Origin: an uncultured bacterium
GTDB taxonomy: Bacteria > Patescibacteriota > Minisyncoccia > Phycocordibacterales > GWA1-40-21
Direction: 5' to 3'
DNA: 64,000 nt
NCBI GenBank assembly: GCA_903831595.1
Contig: CAIKXY010000007.1
Location: 3,944-67,943, forward strand
In this document: in pieces, positions 56,886 to 64,000 of the stretch
How positions within the stretch are numbered: the stretch's first letter is position 1
Layout of the letters: every line of letters begins with the position of its first letter
Program-made: the position numbers and the translations under genes
The notes under the pieces: model-generated
Database searches by the model: none
What the model was told of the DNA's origin: nothing
What the model saw: only the letters and a program-made list of their open reading frames with translations

Positions 56886-57317
56886 ATGAAAATACACAAC
56901 GTTAAAAGAGTAACAAAAAATAGAAAAACCCAAATCATTGGCCGTGGTGGAAAGAGAGGAAAAACATCCGGTAGAGGAGGAAAGGGTCAAACAGCACGTT
57001 CTGGACACAAAATAAGACCAGAGTGGAGAGACACTATCAAAAGAATGCCTAAATTAAGAGGGTATTCTTTTAAAACAATACAAGAAAAACCAGTAGTATT
57101 AAATGTCGGACAACTCGAAGTAGTTTTCTCAAATGGAGATTCTGTAACACCAACAACTTTGGTAAATAAAGGCATATTAGAAACAAGATTGGGAAGAAAA
57201 CCAAAAGTAAAAATACTTGGCTTAGGAGATATTTCAAAAAAATTAAACATTTCAAATTGTAAAGTTTCAGTTGAGGCAAAAACAAAAATAGAAAAAGCCG
57301 GAGGGACAGTTAAATAA
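56886..57317 (+). CDS. rplO: 50S ribosomal protein L15
   Basis: GRGGKRGKTSGRGGKGQTARSG, KIEKAGG; follows rpsE directly with no rpmD. Confidence 0.97.
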   Translation: MKIHNVKRVTKNRKTQIIGRGGKRGKTSGRGGKGQTARSGHKIRPEWRDTIKRMPKLRGYSFKTIQEKPVVLNVGQLEVVFSNGDSVTPTTLVNKGILETRLGRKPKVKILGLGDISKKLNISNCKVSVEAKTKIEKAGGTVK

Positions 57318-57322
57318 AACCT

Positions 57323-58594
57323 ATGAATTTCTGGGATAAAATAAAAATGGTTTTTCAAGACAAAGGTCTAAGAAATAGATTGCTTTTCGTGCTTGGTGCT
57401 TTGTTTATCTCAAGACTTTTAGCAGCTATTCCAATACCAGGGATTGACCCAGCAAAACTTCTTACTTTTTTCTCAGGAAATGATTTTCTAAGTTTCTTGA
57501 ACGTATTTTCAGGAGGTGGAATGAGCAAACTTTCTATCGTTATGCTTGGAGTAGGACCATATATTACCGCTTCTATTATCATGCAGCTTCTTACCATGAT
57601 GTCTTCAAAGATAAAGAATATGTATCAGGAAGAAGGGGAAATTGGAAGAAGAAAATTTACACAGATTTCAAGAGCGCTTACAGTGCCAATAGCATTGGTA
57701 CAAGGTTTTGCTTTCCTAAAACTTCTTGAGAATTCTTCGGTTATTACGCACATCAGCTCACTAGATTTCTTTATCAATCTTATGATAATCGTCGGTGGCT
57801 CAATGCTTATGATGTGGATAGGTGAGCTAATGACAGAGTTTGGTATCGGAAACGGAACATCACTTTTGATTTTTGCTGGTATCGTAGCGCGTCTTCCTAC
57901 AACAATTACACAAATGAGTTTGTCTTTTAGTATTGACCAGATCCCAATGTACATTATTTTACTTGCAGTATTTTTGGCTGTTATATATGGAGTCGTATTT
58001 ATTTCAGAGGCAGAAAGACCAGTTCCTGTCACTTATGCAAAAAGAATTACTGGCTCAAAAGTTTCTGGAGGAGTTTCAACATATTTGCCTTTGAGATTGA
58101 ATCAAGCTGGAGTTATACCAATAATCTTCGGTATGTCCATTTTGCTTTTCCCTCAAATGATATTTAAGTTTTTATCTACAGCAGTTGCCAGTGACACTTG
58201 GAGAGGTATTTTCTTGTCTTTAAATGATTTCCTAACAAACCCTTGGGCTCATGGTATTTTGTATTTTATTTTGGTTGTTTTGTTTACATATTTTTACACA
58301 GCAGTTACTTTTGACCCAGATCAAATTTCAAAAAATCTTCAGCAAGGTGGGGCATTTATTCCAGGTGTAAGGCCAGGAGCTTCAACTTCAGAATATTTGG
58401 CAAAAGTATTAACAAGAATTACTTTAGTTGGTGCATTATTCTTGGGCGTTATCGCAGTCCTTCCTTTGATAGTTCAATCTGCTTCAGGACTCAGCTCAAT
58501 TGCAGTTGGAGGAACAGCTTTGCTTATCGTAGTCTCAGTTGTTATTGATTTAATCAAGAAAATACAGGCTCAAATAACGATGAGGGAATACTAA
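57323..58594 (+). CDS. secY: Preprotein translocase SecY
   Basis: LGVGPYITASIIMQLL, GIGNGTSLLIFAGI, AGVIPIIF, FIPGVRPG, GGTALLIVV. Confidence 0.99.
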   Translation: MNFWDKIKMVFQDKGLRNRLLFVLGALFISRLLAAIPIPGIDPAKLLTFFSGNDFLSFLNVFSGGGMSKLSIVMLGVGPYITASIIMQLLTMMSSKIKNMYQEEGEIGRRKFTQISRALTVPIALVQGFAFLKLLENSSVITHISSLDFFINLMIIVGGSMLMMWIGELMTEFGIGNGTSLLIFAGIVARLPTTITQMSLSFSIDQIPMYIILLAVFLAVIYGVVFISEAERPVPVTYAKRITGSKVSGGVSTYLPLRLNQAGVIPIIFGMSILLFPQMIFKFLSTAVASDTWRGIFLSLNDFLTNPWAHGILYFILVVLFTYFYTAVTFDPDQISKNLQQGGAFIPGVRPGASTSEYLAKVLTRITLVGALFLGVIAVLPLIVQSASGLSSIAVGGTALLIVVSVVIDLIKKIQAQITMREY

Positions 58595-58598
58595 ATTT

Positions 58599-58638
58599 AA
58601 TAAAATGCGGGCGCCCTTCGGGCGCTCGCATTTTATTT
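58599..58638 (+). terminator. Terminator after secY
   Basis: AATAAAATGCGGGCGCCC-TTC-GGGCGCTCGCATTTTATT. Confidence 0.85.
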
Positions 58639-58672
58639 TTCCAATCAGCTATCATATGCTATAATCATTTTT

Positions 58673-59296
58673 ATGAAAAATACATTTAAAAAAGAAGAAA
58701 AAACAATAAGCCCAACGGCTTGTCTTTTTATTGGTAGATCTGGTTGTGGAAAAGGTACACAAGTAGAGCTTTTTATTAAAAAAATACAGGAAGTTAATAG
58801 TTTAAAAACGTTGAGAATTGAAACCGGTTCTCTTCTTCGTGATTTAGCAACGAAAACTTCATTTACAGCTGAAAAAACAAAGCAACTCTTGGACAAAGGC
58901 GCGCTTATGCCCGAATCTTTAGTTATTGGTCTTTGGAGTTCATATCTTATTGAAAATTATTCTGGTAAAGAAAATCTAGTTTTTGATGGTTTAGCAAGAA
59001 GATTGCCAGAAGCATTGATTCTTGATGCCGCTTTGCAGTTTTACGGTATTTCAAAATATAAAGTTGTTTATATAAATGTCAGTAGAAAATGGGGGACAGA
59101 GAGACTTTTGGCTAGAAAAAGAAAGGATGATACTGAAGAAGATATAAAAAACAGAATGGATTGGTTTGATACAAACGTTTCTGCCTCAATTGAATATTTT
59201 AAAAAGAATAAAAATTGTGATTTTATAGATGTGAATGGTGAGCAAACAATCGAAGAAGTCCATGCCGAATTGGTAAAGAAAGTTTTTGGAAAATAA
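58673..59296 (+). CDS. adk: Adenylate kinase (short-LID type)
   Basis: GRSGCGKGTQ, TGSLLR, FDG, R.DDT; secY-adk-map order. Confidence 0.88.
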   Translation: MKNTFKKEEKTISPTACLFIGRSGCGKGTQVELFIKKIQEVNSLKTLRIETGSLLRDLATKTSFTAEKTKQLLDKGALMPESLVIGLWSSYLIENYSGKENLVFDGLARRLPEALILDAALQFYGISKYKVVYINVSRKWGTERLLARKRKDDTEEDIKNRMDWFDTNVSASIEYFKKNKNCDFIDVNGEQTIEEVHAELVKKVFGK

Positions 59297-59301
59297 TCCA
59301 A

Positions 59302-60075
59302 ATGGCTGTAACTATTAAAACAAAAGAAGATATAGAAATACTACGAGAATGTGGGAAAAATTTGGCATATATTTTACAGGAAGTAAGCAAGGCCATAAAG
59401 CCGGGAGTAGCGACAGACGAGTTGAATGATTTGGTAAATAAACTTGCGAGAAAACTTGGAGATACTCCTTCAACTTTAAATTATAGACCAAAAGGTGCAA
59501 AGAGAGCATATCCTGCAAGTATTTGCGTTTCAATAAATGACGAAATTGTCCACGGAATACCGAATGAAAATCCAAAAATATTAAAAGAAGGTGATATTGT
59601 TTCTCTTGATATGTGTCTTACACATAAAGGTTTAGTCACTGATTCTGCCATTACAGTCCCCGTTGGAAAAGTTGATTCAATATCAAATAAATTAATTGCG
59701 GTTACAAAAGAGGCTTTATTTTCTGGAATAAAAGCAGCAAAAGGAAATAAGACTACTGGAGATATTGGCTACGCTGTTGAAAGAGTTGCAAAAGCAAACA
59801 GTTTTTCTGTTGTTGAAGAATTGTGTGGCCACGGAGTTGGTTATGATGTGCATGAAGACCCTTATATACCAAATTACGGAGAGAGAGGTAGGGGCGATAA
59901 ATTAAAACCTGGAATGGTGATATCAATTGAGCCAATGTTAAACATTGGGTTAAAAGATATTTTTATTGATAAAGACGGTTATACTTTCAAAACAAAAGAT
60001 GGTTCAAGAAGTGCACATTTTGAACATACTATTTTAATTACAAGCGGCGAGCCAGAGATACTTACTAAAATCTAG
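59302..60075 (+). CDS. map: Methionine aminopeptidase type I
   Basis: SINDEIVHGIP, DSAIT, GHGVG..HEDP, IEPM, SAHFEHT. Confidence 0.97.
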   Translation: MAVTIKTKEDIEILRECGKNLAYILQEVSKAIKPGVATDELNDLVNKLARKLGDTPSTLNYRPKGAKRAYPASICVSINDEIVHGIPNENPKILKEGDIVSLDMCLTHKGLVTDSAITVPVGKVDSISNKLIAVTKEALFSGIKAAKGNKTTGDIGYAVERVAKANSFSVVEELCGHGVGYDVHEDPYIPNYGERGRGDKLKPGMVISIEPMLNIGLKDIFIDKDGYTFKTKDGSRSAHFEHTILITSGEPEILTKI

Positions 60076-60113
60076 TGTGCAAAATATTTACATATTGTGA
60101 TATAATTTGACTT

Positions 60114-62891
60114 ATGGTTGAACAATTTGGAAGCCAAAAGATTGAACAAAAATTCAAAACCCCAGATGAGGAGTTGAAATATTTACGTGAAAAAGTTTCA
60201 AGTCATGAGAGACAAATGGCTGAAGACGGTAAAGATGTTATACAAGATGAAGTTATTCATGATGAAATTCATGTCCATGCAGATAAAAAACCAGAAGATA
60301 TCTTAGATAAAGATTACGTATTAAGAAAAAGTGAGGTTGAAGCTATTGTTCTAGATTTAGCACCAGAAGCACATGATGCTAAAATGGCTGAACTTATTGA
60401 TATTTTGCAGGAAAAAGGAGTATCAAATACATTATCTATTGTTGATAAATTAAACAACCCACATATAGAGGATGATTTCCATAGGTTTTTAGTTCAATAT
60501 ATTAAGGCTGGTTTTAGGCTTGCTAGTGACAATGAAAAAAACCCTATTTTCAAAGCTTTAAAAATGACGCTTTTTGAAGTTTCCTTACCGGGGGCACTTA
60601 AAGATGAAGCTCAAAAAAATAAAAATTTGAAAGAACTTATTTCAAAAATGGAGCAATTTTATGCTGGTATGTTTTCTGTTGAAAAAGATGATAAAACCGG
60701 ATCTGGATATTTTGCGCTAGAACTTTCAAATGCAAATCATAGTGAAGAAATCATTTTTTATATATCAATTCCAGATTCTAAACGGTCACTTTTTGAAAAG
60801 CAGGCACAATCTATTTTCCCAAATATTAAACTTGTTGAAAAGAAAAATGATTACAACATTTTTAATGAGTCAGGGGATTATGTCGGCTCATCAGCTTCAT
60901 TTTCAAAAAATGATATTTTTCCGATAAAAACCTATGAACAGTTTGACTATGACCCGCTAAATGTATTATTGAATAGCTTTTCAAAAGTTGATAAAGATGG
61001 GGAGGGGGCATCAATACAAATAATTGTTAAGCCAGCGCCAGCTGAAAAGATGTCTTTTTATAAAAGGGTGTTAAAAGAAATGGATAAAGGATTAAAATTC
61101 AAGGAAGCTCTTGCCAAGGCAGATGCATCATTTTTTGGAATTATAAAACAAATAGGTAAAGAAATCATCAAAGAAACAACAAAAGGTAAGGATGATAAAA
61201 AAGAAGATAACGGTGCTTCAAATGCCACGCCGATTGAAAATATTAAAGCAAAAATTTCAAGTCCAATAGCAAGTGTGAATATCAGAATCATGACTTCGTC
61301 TACTACAAGCGAACAAGCTTTTGCTATTTTATCAGATATTGAATCAGCCTTTAATCAATTTGAAAACACAAATGGTAACAAAATAAAATTTGAAAGGGCG
61401 GAAGGAAAGAATTTATTGAAACTTGCAAGAGATTATTCTTTTAGAATTTTTAACGAAAATAAAGTTTTAAACACAAACTTAAAAGAGTTAACAACAATAA
61501 TGCATTTGCCAGAAGTTGATTTTAATAGTGCGTCACAACTTAAAAAAACAGAAGCCATTAGTGCTCCTGCACCTCTAGATTTACCAAAAGAAGGAATATT
61601 ATTAGGTACAAATAAATATAGAAACATTGAAACCCCAATACGCCTTAATGCAGAGGATAGATTGAGACATTTTTATGTTATCGGGCAGACTGGTACTGGT
61701 AAAACGGTTCTTTTAAAAACCATGATTCGTCAGGATATTTTGAATGGAGAAGGTGTTTGTATGATTGACCCACACGGCTCTGATATTCAAGAAGTTTTGT
61801 CTTTTGTTCCACCAGAAAGATATGATGATGTTATTTATTTTGATCCAAGCTACACAGAAAGACCGATGGGTTTGAATATGCTTGAATTTGATAGACGATT
61901 TCCAGAACAAAAAACATTTGTCGTAAACGAAATGCTTTCAATATTTAATAAACTTTTTGACATGAAAGCGACAGGCGGTCCTATGTTTGAACAATATTTT
62001 AGGAATGCAGTAAACTTAGTTTTGGAAGATCCAGATTCTGGTTCAACTCTTTTGGATGTATCTAGGGTTTTGTCTGATAAAACATATAGAGAACTAAAGC
62101 TTTCAAGATGTAAAAATCCAATCGTCCTTCAATTTTGGAGAGAAATTGCCGGAAAGGCTGGTGGAGAAGCATCTTTAGCGAACATTGTCCCATACATAAC
62201 CTCAAAATTTGATGTGTTTCTTTCAAACGAAATTATGCGCCCAATAGTATCTCAAGAAAAATCATCTTTTGATTTTAGGGATATCATGGATAATAAAAAA
62301 ATTCTTCTAGTTAACCTAGCCAAAGGGAGGCTTGGTGATATAAACTCAAATCTTATCGGTCTTATTATTGTTGGTAAACTATTAATGGCGGCGCTTTCTA
62401 GAACCGATTCTTTTGGACAAGATTTTCCACCATTCTATCTTTATATTGATGAATTCCAAAATGTTACAACTGATTCTATTTCAACTATTCTTTCAGAGGC
62501 CAGAAAATATAAACTAGCTCTTACGGTTGCACACCAGTTTATTAGTCAGCTCGACGAAAAAATAAAAAATTCTGTTTTTGGAAACGTCGGTTCTATGGTA
62601 TCATTTCGTGTTAGCTCTGAAGATGCCGAATACTTGGAAAAACAGTTTGCTCCAGTATTTTCAGCGAAAGATTTAATGAATATTGATAATCACGGATCTT
62701 ATGTGAAAATGCTTGCTAATGGTAAGCCCGTTAAACCATTTAGTATGGAGACAAATTTACCACCGCGTGGAAATAAAATTCTACTTGATAAAATTAAACA
62801 ATTATCATATCTTAAGTATGGTAAAGATAGGCAAGAAGTAGAGGAACAAATTTTAGAAAAGTATAAAAAGCCTGAACCAGAGTTAGAATAA
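60114..62891 (+). CDS. VirD4/TraG-like (HerA/FtsK superfamily) ATPase
   Basis: RHFYVIGQTGTGKT (Walker A), IDPHG, LYIDEFQN (Walker B), SEARKY, AHQ, FGNVG. Confidence 0.85.
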   Translation: MVEQFGSQKIEQKFKTPDEELKYLREKVSSHERQMAEDGKDVIQDEVIHDEIHVHADKKPEDILDKDYVLRKSEVEAIVLDLAPEAHDAKMAELIDILQEKGVSNTLSIVDKLNNPHIEDDFHRFLVQYIKAGFRLASDNEKNPIFKALKMTLFEVSLPGALKDEAQKNKNLKELISKMEQFYAGMFSVEKDDKTGSGYFALELSNANHSEEIIFYISIPDSKRSLFEKQAQSIFPNIKLVEKKNDYNIFNESGDYVGSSASFSKNDIFPIKTYEQFDYDPLNVLLNSFSKVDKDGEGASIQIIVKPAPAEKMSFYKRVLKEMDKGLKFKEALAKADASFFGIIKQIGKEIIKETTKGKDDKKEDNGASNATPIENIKAKISSPIASVNIRIMTSSTTSEQAFAILSDIESAFNQFENTNGNKIKFERAEGKNLLKLARDYSFRIFNENKVLNTNLKELTTIMHLPEVDFNSASQLKKTEAISAPAPLDLPKEGILLGTNKYRNIETPIRLNAEDRLRHFYVIGQTGTGKTVLLKTMIRQDILNGEGVCMIDPHGSDIQEVLSFVPPERYDDVIYFDPSYTERPMGLNMLEFDRRFPEQKTFVVNEMLSIFNKLFDMKATGGPMFEQYFRNAVNLVLEDPDSGSTLLDVSRVLSDKTYRELKLSRCKNPIVLQFWREIAGKAGGEASLANIVPYITSKFDVFLSNEIMRPIVSQEKSSFDFRDIMDNKKILLVNLAKGRLGDINSNLIGLIIVGKLLMAALSRTDSFGQDFPPFYLYIDEFQNVTTDSISTILSEARKYKLALTVAHQFISQLDEKIKNSVFGNVGSMVSFRVSSEDAEYLEKQFAPVFSAKDLMNIDNHGSYVKMLANGKPVKPFSMETNLPPRGNKILLDKIKQLSYLKYGKDRQEVEEQILEKYKKPEPELE

Positions 62892-62919
62892 AAAATTAAT
62901 AATATAATAATAATCAATA

Positions 62920-63516
62920 ATGAAAACAGAAAAAACATTCGTCATAATAAAACCAGATGGAATACAGAGATCACTAATTGGTGAAATAATAGGAAGATTT
63001 GAAAGGATTGGTCTGAAGCTCGTCGCGATGAGAATGTGCCTTCCAACTCCAGAAATGGCACGAAAACACTACACGATAGATCCAGAGTGGGTAAGAAAAG
63101 CAGGACAAAAATCTATTGATAATTATAAGTCAAAAGGTCTTGTTCCACCTTCCGATAATCCATTAGAAATTGGGAATAAAGTTTTGGGTAGATTAGAAAA
63201 ATATCTTTCAAGCGGACCTGTAGTAACTATGGTTTGGCAAGGTGCACACGCAATACAGATTGTGAGGAAACTTGTTGGCGGTACTGAGCCACTTTCTTCT
63301 GATACCGGAACAATTAGGGGTGATTTTGTTTTGGATTCGTATAGAATGTCTGACCAAGATGAGAGGTCAATTAGAAACTTAATACATGCCTCGGGAAGCG
63401 TTGATGAAGCACACCAGGAGATTGATTTGTGGTTTAAAAAAGATGAGGTTATTAAATATAAACACATTCAAGAAGCTATTTTATATGATGTAAATTTGGA
63501 TGGAATATTGGAGTAA
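62920..63516 (+). CDS. ndk: Nucleoside diphosphate kinase
   Basis: EKTFVIIKPDGIQR.LIGEII.RFE, GTIRGD, NLIHASGS. Confidence 0.95.
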   Translation: MKTEKTFVIIKPDGIQRSLIGEIIGRFERIGLKLVAMRMCLPTPEMARKHYTIDPEWVRKAGQKSIDNYKSKGLVPPSDNPLEIGNKVLGRLEKYLSSGPVVTMVWQGAHAIQIVRKLVGGTEPLSSDTGTIRGDFVLDSYRMSDQDERSIRNLIHASGSVDEAHQEIDLWFKKDEVIKYKHIQEAILYDVNLDGILE

Positions 63517-63546
63517 TTCATTAAAAAATTTGTGCGTATTGAATAA

Positions 63547-63578
63547 GAAAAAGACCAGTAATTACCTGGTCTTTTTTA
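63547..63578 (+). terminator. Terminator after ndk
   Basis: GAAAAAGACCAG...CTGGTCTTTTTT. Confidence 0.8.
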
Positions 63579-63615
63579 GTGTTTTAATAAAATGGATATT
63601 CCACTAATAATTCCT

Positions 63616-63644
63616 TGACTTTATATAGCCTTTCCTATATACTC
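63616..63644 (+). promoter_or_regulatory. Sigma70 promoter driving a long non-coding leader
   Basis: TTGACT-17bp-TATACT. Confidence 0.7.
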
Positions 63645-64000
63645 GTTCCTACACAGATATGTTTATAAAAAACCAATTATTACAGCGGAAAGTATAGTCG
63701 GCATTTTTAATGTTGTCACTACAAACCGCAATAAGCGGTTTTTTTCACGGAAAGATTGAAACTTGAAAAATAAGATTAAGATTTCAGTGATTCTCTTTGG
63801 AGGATAATTAAAATTTAAATCTTCATTCTGTCATAGTACCACCAATTTTCCACGCGAAGTGGATTGGGTCTTTTATAGGTATTATAGGCAGGCAGGTGAA
63901 TCAATCATTTTTCTTGGAGAGAGATGATATGATTTAAAATAATTTTATCAATTAATTTTGATAAGACTGTTATAAGGGATTGATTCCATATAACAGGTTA

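Noticed and set aside
23230-58626. GCGCCCTTCGGGCGC shared by three terminators (23230 rc, 26088, 58612)
   Set aside because: Explained by convergent use of the stable cUUCGg tetraloop
503-63467. Many short antisense or out-of-frame ORFs in the track (e.g. 39938..40558, 17875..18342, 52253..52726, 36374..36841)
   Set aside because: They overlap well-supported genes and look like shadow ORFs

Overview
This AT-rich, translation-table-11 chromosomal window comes from a Patescibacteria/CPR (Parcubacteria-like) bacterium. Supporting signs are the absence of rpmD between rpsE and rplO, a split S10 operon, few SD sequences and many apparently leaderless genes. Core genes are ileS (with an inserted histidine-phosphatase domain), recO, glyS, an M16 peptidase, rpsF-ssb-rpsR-efp, recA, ftsK, rpsS..rplO-secY-adk-map, a VirD4/HerA-like ATPase and ndk. 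The most striking region is ~15.6-36.8 kb: seven same-orientation cassettes, each a TrmB-family regulator transcribed divergently from a LivJ-like substrate-binding protein (8 SBPs, 2 SAM methyltransferases). Most cassettes are closed by bidirectional terminators and six carry TGTC-N9/10-GACA-type sites. All share one LivH/M/G/F translocon whose livF lies ~15.7 kb from livG. Other notable items: an argS 3' remnant at 1.3 kb; a winged-helix gene whose promoter, coding linker and terminator are studded with AAAGGACA repeats; a ~580-nt structured leader before a giant S-layer-like gene; a RAYT/Y1 transposase with its palindromes inside its own ORF; 7-bp-periodic post-stop repeats; a foreign gene inserted in the spc operon; and an attenuator-like structured RNA at the right edge. 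All calls come from motif reading only; no searches were run.
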